A stretch of DNA of 64,000 nucleotides from Eledone cirrhosa (taxonomy: Eukaryota), in the NCBI GenBank assembly GCA_964016885.1, contig OZ024766.1:19592001-19656000 (forward strand). Reading direction: 5' to 3'. The notes beneath the pieces were generated by a model, which was not told the origin of the DNA, did no database searches, and saw nothing but the letters and a program-made list of their open reading frames with translations. Position 1 is the first letter of the stretch. Each line of letters opens with the position of its first letter. Shown here one piece after another: positions 26,902-39,592 of this stretch. A program made the position numbers and the translations under genes.

Positions 26902-28735
26902 TACCAATGAATACAGTGAAGAATTTAGTATAAAAGTTGGTGTTCATCAAGGCACTGTCCTTAGCCCCCTCCTATTTATTATTGCCCTTCAGGCTAAAAC
27001 AGAGGAGTTTAAGACTGGCTGCCCATGGGAACTTCTATACACAGATGATCTAACAGCTGAACTAGATAAGAAATTCCAAACATGGAAGCATGGCCTAGAA
27101 TCAAAATGCCTTAAAGTTAACTTGTCTAAGACTAAAGTTCTAGTTTGTAGGAAGGAAAATAGGGCACAGGTGCCCTCTAGGAAATGGCCATGTTCAGTGT
27201 GTAGGAAAGGAGTAGGTAGAAATTCCATTTTATCTCCCAAATACAAACTATGGGTACATAATAGAAGTACTGGGAACACAGGCCAGCTATCTAAGAACGT
27301 AGATTTTATATGTGGCTGATGCTCAGGTGCAATAAGTAGCAAGTTCCAGACGTCATACCTTGAATGTATCCATACCCAGGGAGGCAAGGCATTCAGAGTA
27401 TGGTAGATGCTTGATGGAGCGTATTCACTTGGTTGCACGTCTCTAAACAATTTCCAGATCAATGTTCTGAGCAAGACAGGGGTTCCAGACAGGTGATGCA
27501 ATTTCTAAGTGTGGCCGCACCATAGCTATTTACAGCTTTAAATAGATAGATAAATGCATGGTCGTACACTTGTACACAGCCAGCTTGAGTTGCCAGTCCG
27601 TGGTCCATTGCTGCATTGTGTCCAGATCTATAGTGTTCAGGATCTGTCCTTTTTATCTCAAGGGACAGCTTGATGTCATCTGCATATTTCAGTACTGTGA
27701 CATACTTTAAGTTGCCATCTATGTCATTAATAGATGTGTAACGGAATTCTCCTATAAATTACCTGGCGAAGATTCAAAACCGAATCTAAAAGTTCTCGCA
27801 TCTGGGACCACCTATCGTTGCGAGTTTCCCACCATTGTCCTGTCAAGAGACAACAATGATAAACATACATGCCACTTGACCTGTGACCCCAGCTTCAAGA
27901 TAGCTGAACCTCACATGGCTACTCATAAATCAACCCCGTATACACATCCTTCTAGCTATAGGGTTATTATAAATACAAGTACAAAGGGAATCCAGCAGCC
28001 AGACCACGAAGCAGTAGTCCTTAAGAGAATAACGATATGAAACATTCACATTCTACAGACTTCTACTGACCTTTTACTCTATCCCTCTCTCCTGGCCTTA
28101 CTGGCTCTCACCTTCTTGGCCACAGACTACACCACCAGACAATAGAGACCGAAGAAGCAGTCCTTGAGAGGAATAACAAATACTAAGGATACACACACAC
28201 TCAGTAGGTTTCATTATACTGTTTACTTCTGTGTTTTATCTATTCTTTTGTCTTCCTGTTGAATCACTTCTCGTGTATCGTTGTATTGATACATACATAC
28301 ACGCTAGCTCGAAGTAGCTAGTCAGCAAATTGATGTAGTGATAATTCCTGTCACAATTTTTATTACTTGATATTCAATGTAGCAACAAGTTAATATTGTT
28401 ATTGTAAAATAAACATTGTCAACATCACAATTCTGGCATTATTCTTTTTATCATTCATACACAAAAGAATACATTTATCCACTACATATGCAACAAACAA
28501 AAGGGGACACAAATTTCTACACACATACATTCACATATATATAGCGTATGTAAATTCTGAACAATACAGATTTGTCAGCACAAGTCTTGTTACAACTTCT
28601 ACAAATAAAATGAAAAGAGAAGAATTTCTTAGTAAAACAGTTTTATTCAAAATATTAACATTGGTGGCACTATTTTGGGTGAGTGATATGGTTTTTATCT
28701 TGTCTGATTGTGTTGCATTAAGTAATCTTTACAAG

Positions 28736-29110
28736 AGAATGATTTACCACAGACATCACAGTGATAAAGTTCCTCTCCTGTATATGTTAGTGTCTAGTGA
28801 AGCCACAACATTTAGACAATGATTTACCACAGACATCACAGTGATATAGTTCCTCTCCTGTATATGTTAGTGTGTAGTGAAGCCATAACATTTAGAGAAT
28901 GATTTACCACAGACATCACAGTGATATAGTTCCTCTTCTGTATATGTTAGTGTGTAGTGAAGCCCCAACATTTAGAGAACGATTTACTGCAGACATCACA
29001 GTGATATAGTTCCTCTCCTGAAAATGTTAGTGTCTAGTGAAGCCACAACATTTAGACAATGATTTACCACAGATATCACAGTGATATAGTTCCTCTCCTG
29101 TAAATGTTAG
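28736..29110 (-). repeat. 80-bp finger-derived tandem repeat, 5 copies
   Basis: Same unit, period 80. Confidence 0.85.
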
Positions 29111-29384
29111 TGCCGAATGAAGTGAGTTATTTCAGAGAATGATTTCCCACAGATATCACAGTGATATGGTTTCTGTCCTGTATGTATATGTTTGTGTCTA
29201 ATTGAACAAGCTATCATGGATAACAATTTACCACAAATATTACAGTGATATGGCTTTTCTCCAGTATATATATGTTTGTATGAAGTTAATGCAGCAATGA
29301 AAGAGAATAGCAAAGTGGCATGGTTTCTCATATGAATGTATTTGTGTTTAATTCACCATTTTCAGACAATGAGATATGACTTCA

Positions 29385-31166
29385 TTATGGTTTCTCACCT
29401 TTATGGGTATATTTGTGTCTAGTTAAGTTACTATTTCGAGAGAATGATTTACCACAGATATCACAGTGGTATGGCTTGTCTCCTGTATGTATACGTTTGT
29501 GGCAAGTTAAGTGACTACTATAAGAGAATGATTTACCACAGATTTCACAGTGGTATGGCTTGTCTCCTGTATGTATACGTTTGTGGCAAGTTACGTGACT
29601 ACTTTCAGAGAATGATTTACCACAGATATCACAGTGGTATGGCTTGTCTCCTGTATGGGTACGTAAGTGTTTAGTTAAGTGACTACTATAAGAGAATGAT
29701 TTACCACAGATATCACAGTGGTATGGCTTGTCTCCTGTATGGGTATATTTGTGTCTAGTTAAATTATTTGATGCAGAGAATAATTTACCACAGATATCAC
29801 AGTGGTATGGCTTGTCCCCTGTATGGGTAAGTTTGTGGCAAGTTAAGTTACTACTTCGAGAGAATGATTTACCACAGATATCACAGTGGTATGGCTTGTC
29901 TCCTGTATGGGTACGTAAGTGTTTAGTTAAGGTACTACTATCAGAGAATGACTTACCACAGATATCACAGTGGTATGGCTTGTCTCCTGTATGTATACGT
30001 TTGTGGGAAGTTAAGTTGCTACTTCCAGAGAATGATTTACCACAGATATCACAGTGGTATGGCTTGTCTCCTGTATGGGTACGTAAGTGGTTAGTTAAGG
30101 TTCTACTATCAGAGAATGATTTACCACAGATATCACAGTGGTATGGCTTGTCTCCTGTATGTATACGTTTGTGTTTAGTTAAGCTACTATTAACAGAGAA
30201 TGATATACCACAGATATCACAGTGGTATGGCTTGTCCCCTGTATGTATACGTATGTGTGTAGTTAAGTGACTACTATCAGAGAATGATTTACCACAGATA
30301 TCACAGAGGTGTGGCTTCTCTCCTGTATGTATACGTTTGTGGGAAGTTAAGTGGCTACTTTGAGAGAATAATTTACCACAGATTTCACAGTGGTATGGCT
30401 TGTCTGCTGTATGTATATGTTTGTGTTTAATTAAGGTACTACTAGCAGAGAATAATTTACCACAGATATCACAGTGGTATGGCTTGTCTCCTGTATGTAT
30501 ACGTTTGTGTGTAGTTAAGGTACTACTAACAGAGAATAATTTACCACAGATATCACAGTGATATGGCTTGTCTCCTGTATGTATACGTTTGTGTCTAGTT
30601 AAGTTACTACTTCCAGAGAATGATTTACCACAGATATCACAGTGGTGTGGCTTCTCTCCTGTATGTATATGTTTGTGTGGAATTAACTGATCATTTCGAG
30701 AGAATGATTTACCACAGATTTCACAGTGGTATGGCTTGTCTCCTGTATGTACACGTTTGTGGCAAGTTAAGTGGCTACTTTGAGAAAATGATTTACCACA
30801 GATATCACAGTGGTATGGCTTGTCACCTGTATGTGTACGTTTGTGTGGAATTAACTGACCACTTCCAGAGAATGATTTACCACAGATTTCGCAGTGGTAT
30901 GGCTTCTCTCCTGTATGTGTACGTTTGTGTCTAGTTAAGTGACTACTTTGAGAGAATGATTTACCACAGATATCGCAGTCGTATGGCTTGTCTCCTGTAT
31001 GGGTACGTTTGTGTGGAATTAACTGACCATTTTGAGAGAATGATTTACCACAGACATCACAGTGATATGGTTTCTCTCCTCTAGACTTTGGCATCTCTGC
31101 TGGAATAGCCATATCTCTAGACAATGTTTCACATTTAATCTTCTTTTCACTCAATTTAGTTTCCAT
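29385..31166 (-). CDS. Poly-C2H2 zinc-finger protein, 20 fingers (ZNF copy 4)
   Basis: 593-aa ORF = 33-aa leader + 20 x 28 aa; more diverged finger set. Confidence 0.93.
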   Translation of the reverse strand: METKLSEKKIKCETLSRDMAIPAEMPKSRGEKPYHCDVCGKSFSQNGQLIPHKRTHTGDKPYDCDICGKSFSQSSHLTRHKRTHTGEKPYHCEICGKSFSGSGQLIPHKRTHTGDKPYHCDICGKSFSQSSHLTCHKRVHTGDKPYHCEICGKSFSRNDQLIPHKHIHTGEKPHHCDICGKSFSGSSNLTRHKRIHTGDKPYHCDICGKLFSVSSTLTTHKRIHTGDKPYHCDICGKLFSASSTLIKHKHIHTADKPYHCEICGKLFSQSSHLTSHKRIHTGEKPHLCDICGKSFSDSSHLTTHIRIHTGDKPYHCDICGISFSVNSSLTKHKRIHTGDKPYHCDICGKSFSDSRTLTNHLRTHTGDKPYHCDICGKSFSGSSNLTSHKRIHTGDKPYHCDICGKSFSDSSTLTKHLRTHTGDKPYHCDICGKSFSRSSNLTCHKLTHTGDKPYHCDICGKLFSASNNLTRHKYTHTGDKPYHCDICGKSFSYSSHLTKHLRTHTGDKPYHCDICGKSFSESSHVTCHKRIHTGDKPYHCEICGKSFSYSSHLTCHKRIHTGDKPYHCDICGKSFSRNSNLTRHKYTHKGEKP

Positions 31167-31227
31167 GTTTCTTCTTCCCTTGGCAGAATTTACAGATGTT
31201 ATTCTTGTCTTATTTTATATATTATAT

Positions 31228-31576
31228 GTGGAGGCACATGGCTTAGTGGTTAGAGCATTGGCCTTGCAATCGAAAGGTTGTGAGTTCAATTCTCAGACCG
31301 GGTGATGTGTTGTTTCCTTGAGCAAGACACTTTATTTCACATTGCTCCAGTTTACTCAGCTGTAGAAATGAGATGATATGGACTTGAGTCCCTATCATTC
31401 CACTGCAAAGTGGTCATGGAGGTGCCACGGCAAAAAAGCACCCAGCACTCACTGTAAATGAGGTTGGTGTTTAGGAAGGGCATCCAGCTGTAGAAATCAA
31501 GCCAGAATCAGTTCCCGTCCCACCCTTGCAAGCAGGGAAAAGTGGACGTAAAATGAAATGATGATGATGATGATGA
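31228..31576 (+). mobile_element. Full-length tRNA-derived CORE-type SINE, antisense in the putative 5'UTR of ZNF4
   Basis: A-box TGGCTTAGTGG, B-box GAGTTCAATTC, CORE-like segment, one 49-bp unit, (GAT)n tail; empty site TTATATTCCTGAAG present in units 1-3. Confidence 0.92.
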
Positions 31577-32750
31577 TTCCTGAAGATATTTCTTCTGCTA
31601 TATTTCCGGCAACGGTGATCTCAGTCAAGATCTGAAGATGATGCAAACTTCTTTCTGATACAAGTTTAGTTAAGATTCAAAATCATCTTGTAAATATTTC
31701 AGATGCTGATGAAACAATACTTTTCCAAGAATTTTTCCAAGAGACACAGTTCTGAGGAAATATTTCACAGTAATTCTGCCATAGATTTATATAAACAGTG
31801 TTATATGAGTTCCGTATCAAAACCTTTAGTCTTGAAATGATGATAAATAGAGGGGATGTATTCAAGATTAAAAAATTATTTTATCCCAATGTCATCTGAT
31901 ATTCTGAAATAAGAAAGAAACAGTATGAGATAATAGAGAATACTTTAGAAACAGAGATAGATTTAACATTGGAAATTTTATATTTCTATATTTATAAACT
32001 GTAGATATCAACTTTCCTGTCCAGAGTTATTCTCTCCAATGTAAGCAGTGGTATTCCAAGATGCTCTATAAACTATATCCTTCTAACTCTTGGGAGGTCT
32101 GCTCTATAGCCTTTACCCAAGAACTTCATTCTTATATGACATTCTAACATGGTAATTGTCTGAGACCTGAGATGTGTAACTTGATAGTTCCTTGGGTAAC
32201 AGTTCTTTCTACCTGGAAGGGGAAAAGTGCTGTGTAATTGCTTGATAACAGTCAAAGGATTCTCACACATGGCTACCCTAGGCACCCCAATAACATGACT
32301 TGTGTTAGGCTTGTAGACACAATTAGTGGGAATTTTTATTCGTAGGGTTTTCCATAATTTTAGCGTTATTTTTTTTCTTTTCTGTTTGGATGCCTTTCCA
32401 CTCATCAACCACTTTACAGCAAGGACTGGGTGTACTGTTTGTGACAATAGAGAGGTTATTTTACTGGTGTTAAGAGCTCATATACATACATATATATATT
32501 TATATATATATATACATATGTATAAATATTTTTATATCTATACATATATATATATACATATAAATTTCACCAGATAGAAAACCAGAATTAGTCATTTAGT
32601 TTACATAATGAGACCACAACCCATCCTATTTATTTTAAATGGGTGGGGTGAATTAAGAGTCGGGTGCTGGTGTAAAAAATCTGAAAATTAAATGAGTGAG
32701 GGTGGGGGAAAATTATTTGAGACCTAAGTGAGGGTAGGGGACAATTATTT

Positions 32751-33463
32751 GAGTTACATACACATCTACTGAGTTACACACACGTCTACTGAGTTATACA
32801 CACATCTACTGAGTTATATACATCTAATGAGATACACACACACATCTACTGAGTTACACACATATCTACTGAGTTACACACACATCTACTGAGTTGCATA
32901 CACATCTACAGAGTTACACACATCTACTGAGTTACATACACAGCTACTGAGTTACACACACATCTACTGAGTTATACCCATATCTACTGAGTTACATACA
33001 CATCTACTGAGTTACACACACATCTACTGGGTTACACATACATCTACTGAGTTACATACACATCTACAGAGTTACATACACATCTACAGAGTTACACACA
33101 CATCTACTGAGTTACATACACATCTACTGAGTTACACACACATCTACTGAGTTATACACACATCTACTGAGTTATACACACATCTGAGTTACACACACAT
33201 CTACTGAGTTATACCCATATCTACTGAGTTACACACACATCTACTGAGTTATACACACGTCTACTGAGTTACACACACATCTACTGAGCTACACACACAT
33301 CTACCGAGTTACACACACATCTACTGAGTTATACACACATCTACTGAGTCATACACACATCTGAGTTACACACACATCTACTGAGTTACACACACATCTA
33401 CAGAGTTACACACACATCTACAGAGTTATATACACATCTACAGAGTTATACACACATCTACTC
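32751..33463. repeat. 20-bp minisatellite, about 36 copies
   Basis: Direct periodicity. Confidence 0.95.
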
Positions 33464-33736
33464 ATATATATTTATAGACACATTATACAAAATAATTATT
33501 ATATACACTCACATCTATGAATGATTGAGGAAGAGCTGGTGAAACACTATAGCAATATGTGTTTCACCCCTTTTGGTTTTACCGGCTACATAGCCTATCC
33601 GTATTCTTATATCAGATGTGAAGGTGTATTATCTTATCTAGTATGTATAATGTATGTATGTATATATACAATATATATACACATATATATATGCATATAT
33701 ATGTGAATACATATATATATATACACATATATTTAT

Positions 33737-33768
<32 letters not shown>

Positions 33769-34109
33769 CTTTATATATATATACTTTATATATATAAATA
33801 TTTAGGCAGAAAATACGGGAAAAATTAGTCAGAAATATTTTAAATATAAAACGGAATAAATTAATGAAAGAAACGTAAAAAAGATAAAAATTGTTGAAAT
33901 ACCTTGAAAATATAAAATATAGAAGAAAGAGGCAGGAATTGATTGAGTTTGAAGTAAATTAATGAATGAACGAAAGTAGGTGGGGCAGGAACAGGAAGTA
34001 AAGACAGTAGAGTCTCGCAGTGAATGGTAAGGTTTAGAGTAAGAATTATTTTATTCCTGGTTGTATAAATAACATTACAAATTATACTGAGACAAATAAT
34101 GTGCTGTAG

Positions 34110-34171
<62 letters not shown>

Positions 34172-34351
34172 TATCCATACCTGGTCCGAAAAAGATATAG
34201 AGAAAGTACAGGTTCGCAGTGAATATCTCAAGAATTATTTTATTCCTAGTTTTGTAAATAATATTACAAATTATACTTAGACGAAGAATGTGGAGTAGTA
34301 AATATATATATATATACACATAAATATGTGTATATATATATATATATATAT

Positions 34352-36072
34352 ATCATCATCATCATCATCATCATCACCGTTTTACGTCCGTTCTTCCACG
34401 CTAGCATGGGTTAGACGGGTTGTCCTGTTGTGGGCAGTGTCTGGTCGGCTGACCATGCCTTGCTCATACAGGAACTGATCTGGCTTGATTTCTACAGCTG
34501 GATGCCCTTCCTAACACCAACCTCATTTACAGTGAGTGCTGGGTGCTTTTTCGTGGCGCCTACACGTCCATTTTACAGTGTGGGCTGGGTGCTTTTTTGC
34601 CGTGGCACCTCCACGACCACCTTGCGGTGGGGGGGGGGGGGGGGCATATTGTTTATATGCTTCAGCATGTACCCATGGGAGGTCGGGTACCCTGTATTAC
34701 TGCGTGACGCCAGAAGTCACGGTCGTGTGTCATTGACTTTGAGAGGTGTAGTTGGGTAAGGTCGGCTTTTATCACCTCATCCCAAGTCATCTTGGGTCTC
34801 CCCACTCCGCGCTTTCCATCAACTTCTAGTGCTCTGCACCTTTTTATGCAGCTGTCATCCTTCATACGCATCACATGTCCATACCAGCGTAACCGCCTCT
34901 CCTGCACGCAGCATTTGATTCCTCTTATGCTCAGTCTCTCTCTCAATTCATTTATGCTTTGTCGTTCACGTATATTACTGTTACACATCCATCGGAGCAT
35001 GCAGGCTTCGTTTCTCTCTAATCTACGTAAGTCTTCCACCTTCAGCGCCCAGGTCTCACTACCATGCAACATCGCTGTTCGGATACACGCATCATACAGT
35101 CTGCCTTTCATTCTGAGGGAGAAGCCTTTTGCAGCTAGCAGTGGTAGTAGTTCCCTAAACTTCTTCCATCCCGTTCTTACCCTAGTTATTGTACTTTCTG
35201 AGCACCCACCTCCGTTGCTAATTCGGTCACCTAGGTAGCAGAAGCTGTCTACTGTTTCTACAGGGCCCTCCCAGAGATTGGTGGTACTTGTTTCCTGTGG
35301 CTGTTTGCTTGCTGTTTCAGCACAGCTGCTGCATGTGAATCCTACATTCTTAATTAAGCTTCCTGAGATCCCGCTACATCTCTTGTGTACCCATTGTTTG
35401 CATTTGGGGCAAAGAATGGAGTTCCTACCTACACCTTTCCTACATACTGAGCAAGGCCATTTCCCTGAGGGGATCTGGGTTCTGTTTTCTCGTCTACTTA
35501 TAAGGACCTTAGTCTTTGTCATGTTGACTTTGAGGCCCTTTCTCTCTAGTCCCTGCTTCCAGGTTTGGAATTTATTCTCTAGTTCTACCATAGATTCAGC
35601 TATGAGTGCGAGGTCATCAGCATACAGGAGTTCCCATGGGCATCCGGTCTTAAACTCCTCCGTTATTGCCTGCAGGACTATGATGAACAGGAGAGGGCTA
35701 AGAACAGAGCCCTGGTGGACCCCAACCTGTACGCTAAATTCCTCGCTATACTCATTGCCAATCCTAACTTTGCTGACTGCTCCCCTATACATGGCTTGTA
35801 CCGCTTTCACAAGCCATTCATCTACTCCTAGTTTTCTAAGAGCCCACCAGATTACTGCACGTGGAACTCTGTCAAAGGCTTTCTCAAGGTCGACAAATGC
35901 CAAGTAGAGTGGCTTACTTTTAGCTAGGTACTTTTCCTGTAATTGCCTCACAAGGAAGAGGGCATCAGTGGTGCCTTTCCCTGGAACAAACCCAAATTGC
36001 ATCTCGTCTATATTCACCCGGTCCCTAATCAGCTGTGCTATAACTCTTTCTGTTACTTTCATGACCTGGTCC
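34352..36072 (-). mobile_element. 5'-truncated RTE-clade LINE (family B) with ~310-bp 3'UTR
   Basis: ORF 36071 to 34662 with QFGF, FVDLEKAFD, YADD, FCYLG, RLRWYGHV; 3'UTR ends in (GAT)n; flanked by (TA)n. Confidence 0.93.
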
Positions 36073-36114
36073 ATATATATACACATAAATATGTGTATAT
36101 ATATATACACATAA

Positions 36115-36153
<39 letters not shown>

Positions 36154-38007
36154 TACCAATGAATACAGTGAAGAATTTAGTATAAAAGTTGGTGTTCATC
36201 AAGGCTCTGTCCTTAGCCCCCTCCTATTTATTATTGCCCTTCAGGCTAAAACAGAGGAGTTTAAGACAGGCTGCCCATGAGAACTTCTATACGCAGATGA
36301 TCTAACAGCTGAACTAGATAAGAAATTCCAAACATGGAAGCATGGCCTAGAATCAAAAAGCCTTAAAGTTAACTTGACTAAGACTAAAGTTCTAGTATGT
36401 AGGAAGGAAAATAAGGCACAGGTACCCTCTGGGAAATGGCCATGTTCAGTGTGTAGGAAAGGAGTAGGTAGAAATTCCATTTTATGTCCCAAATACAAAC
36501 TATTGGTACATAACAGACGTACTGGGAACACAGGCCAGCTATCTAAGAACGTAGATTTTATATGTGGCTGATGCTCAGGTGCAATAAGTAGCAAGTTCCA
36601 GACGTCAGACCTTCAGTGTATCCATACCCAGGGAGGCAAGGCATTCAGAGTATGGTAGATGCTTGATGGAGCGTATTCACTTGGTTGCACGTCTCTAAAC
36701 AATTTCCAGGAGGTCAATGATCTGAGCAAGACAGGGGTTCCAGACTCGTGATGCAATTTCTAAGTGTGGCCGCACCATAGCTATATACAGCTTTAAATAG
36801 ATAGATAAATGCATGGTCGTACACTTGTACACAGCCAGCTTGAGTTGCCAGTCCGTGGTCCATTGCTGCATTGTGTCCAGATCTAGTGTTCAGGATCTGT
36901 CCTTTTTATCTCAAGGGACAGCTCGATGTCATCTGCATATTTCAGTACTGTGACACTCTTTAAGTTGCCATCTATGTCATTAATATATGTGTAACGGAAT
37001 TCTCCTATAAATTACCTGGCGAAGATTCAAAACCGAATCTAAAAGTTCTCGCATCTGCGACCACCTATCGTTGCGAGTTTCCCACCATTGTCCTGTCAAG
37101 AGACAACAATGATAAACATACATGCCACTGGACCTGTGACCCCAGCTTCAAGATAGCTGAAACTCACATGGCTACTCATAAATCAACCCTGTATACACAT
37201 CCTTCTAGCTATAGGGTTATTATAAATACAAGTACAAAGGGAATCCAGCAGCCAGATCACGAAGCAGTAGTCCTTAAGAGAATAATGATGTGAAACATTC
37301 ACATTCTACAGACCTCTTGGGGTCTACAGACTTCTACTGACCTTTTACTCTATCTCTCTCTCCTGGCCTTACTGGCTCTCACCTTATCAGCCACAGACTA
37401 CGCCACCAAACAAGTGAGACTGAAGCAGCAGTCCTTGAGAGGAATAACAAATACTAAGGATACACACACACTCAGTAGGTTTCATTATACTGTTTACTTC
37501 TGGGTTTTATCTATTCTTTTGTCTTCCTGTTGAATTACTTCTCGTGTATCGTTGTATTGATACATACATACACGCTAGCTCGAAGTAGCTAGTCAGCAAA
37601 TTGATGTAGTGATAATTCCTGTCACAATTTTTATTACTTGATGTTCAATGTAGCAAAAAGTTAATATTGTTATTGTAAAATAAACATTGTCAACATCACA
37701 ATTCTGGCATTATTCTTTTTATCATTCATACACAAAAGAATACATTTATCCACTACATATGCAACAAACAAAAGGGGACACAAATTTCTACACACATACA
37801 TTCACATATATATAGTGTGTGTAAATTCTGAACAATACAGATTTGTCAGCACAAGTCTTGGTTACAACTTCTACAAATAAAATGAAAGGAGAAGAATTTC
37901 TTAGTAAAACAGTTTTATTCAAAATATTAACATTGGTGGCACTATTTTGGGTGAGTGATATGGTTTTTATCTTGTCTGATTGTGTTGCATTAAGTAATCT
38001 TTACAAG

Positions 38008-38500
38008 AGAATGATTTACCACAGACATCACAGTGATATAGTTCCTCTCCTGTATATGTTAGTGTGTAGTGAAGCCACAATATTTAGACAATGATTTACC
38101 AGACATCACAGTGATATGGTTCCTCTCCTGTATATGTTAGTGTCTAGTGAAGCCCCAACATTTAGACAATGATTTACCACAGACATCACAGTGATATGGT
38201 TCCTCTCCTGTAAATGTTAGTGTGTAGTGAAGCCACAATATTTAGAGAAGGATTTACTGCAGACATCACAGTGATATAGTTCCTCTCCTGTAAATGTTAG
38301 TGTGTAGTGAAGCCCCAACATTTAGACAATGATTTACCACAGACATCACAGTGATATGGTTCCTCTCCTGTATATGTTAGTGTGTAGTGAAGCCACAACA
38401 TTTAGAGAAGGATTTACTGCAGACATCACAGTGATATGGTTCGTCTCCTCTATGTGTTAGTGTCTAGTGAAGCCACAACATTTAGAGAATGATTTACCAA
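38008..38500 (-). repeat. 80-bp finger-derived tandem repeat, 6 copies
   Basis: Same unit, period 78-80. Confidence 0.85.
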
Positions 38501-38653
38501 ATATATCAAAGTTATATGGCTTCCCAGCTGTATGTATATGTCTGTGTGTAGTTAATGTAACATTGAAAGAGAATGATTTCCCTCGGATGTCACAAAGATA
38601 TGTATTTGTATTCTCATTAACTCAAAAATTGGAGAGAATGATATATCACTGCC

Positions 38654-39592
38654 TTATGATATCTCTTCTACATGTGTAAGTTTGTGAGTAGTTAGGCTAC
38701 TTTTCCAAGAGAATGATTTACCACAGATATCACAGTGATATAGCTTGTCTCCTGTATGTATACGTTTGTGGCAAGTTAAGGTATTACTTACAGAGAATGA
38801 TTTACCACAGATATCACAGTGGTATGGCTTCTCTCCTGTATGTATACGCTTGTGAGAAGTTAAGTGACTACTATCAGAGAATGATTTCCCACAGATATCA
38901 CAGTTGTATGGCTTGTCTCCTGTATGTATACGTTTGTGTCTAGTTAAGCTATTACTTTGAGAGAATGATTTACCACAGATATCACAGTGATATGGCTTAT
39001 CTCCTACATGTACACGTATGTGTCTAGTTAAGGTACTACTTTCAGTGAATGATTTACCACAGATCTCACAGTGGTATGGCTCATCTCCTGTATGTCTACG
39101 TTTGTGAGAAGTTAAGGTACTACTACGGGAAAATGATTCACCACAGATATCACAGTGGTATGATTTATCTCCTGTATGTATACGTTTGTGACTAGTTAAG
39201 TTACTACTATCAGAGAATGTTTTACCACAGATATCACAGTTATATGGTTTCTCTCCTGTATGTATACGTTTGTGCTTAATTAAGCTACTACTTTCAGAGA
39301 ATGATTTACCACAGATATCACAGTGATATGGCTCATCTCCTGTATGTATACGTTTGTGAGTAGTTACGCTACTACTTTGAGAGAATGATTTACCACAGAT
39401 ATCACAGTGGTATGGCTTGTCTCCTGTATGTATACGTTTGTGGCTAGTTAAGGTACTACTTACAGTGAAATATTTATCACAGATATCACAGTGATATGGC
39501 TTGTCTCCTCTAACCTTTGTCATTTCACCAGAAATACTAAACACTTTAGATTGTGTTTCACATTTAATCTTGTTACCCAATTTATTTTCCAT
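38654..39592 (-). CDS. Poly-C2H2 zinc-finger protein, 10 fingers (ZNF copy 5, divergent paralog)
   Basis: 312-aa ORF = 32-aa leader ([14 protein letters not shown]...) + 10 x 28 aa. Confidence 0.9.
   Translation of the reverse strand: MENKLGNKIKCETQSKVFSISGEMTKVRGDKPYHCDICDKYFTVSSTLTSHKRIHTGDKPYHCDICGKSFSQSSSVTTHKRIHTGDEPYHCDICGKSFSESSSLIKHKRIHTGEKPYNCDICGKTFSDSSNLTSHKRIHTGDKSYHCDICGESFSRSSTLTSHKRRHTGDEPYHCEICGKSFTESSTLTRHIRVHVGDKPYHCDICGKSFSQSNSLTRHKRIHTGDKPYNCDICGKSFSDSSHLTSHKRIHTGEKPYHCDICGKSFSVSNTLTCHKRIHTGDKLYHCDICGKSFSWKSSLTTHKLTHVEEIS

Larger units (their letters stand above)
19084..27962. repeat. Segmental tandem duplication unit 3 (~8.9 kb)
   Basis: Collinear with units 1 and 2. 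Confidence 0.92.
27963..37215. repeat. Segmental tandem duplication unit 4 (~9.3 kb)
   Basis: Collinear; lacks the intronic SINE, has a private 5'UTR SINE and a reverse-strand RTE. Confidence 0.9.

Noticed and set aside
31228-31310. Possible tRNA gene
   Set aside because: The A and B boxes continue into a CORE-like body and LINE tail, and the empty site exists in paralogs; it is a SINE head.
1-37215. Tandem units as pure assembly artefacts
   Set aside because: The units differ by many substitutions, finger content and private TE insertions, and four versions exceed two haplotypes. Long-read confirmation is still desirable.
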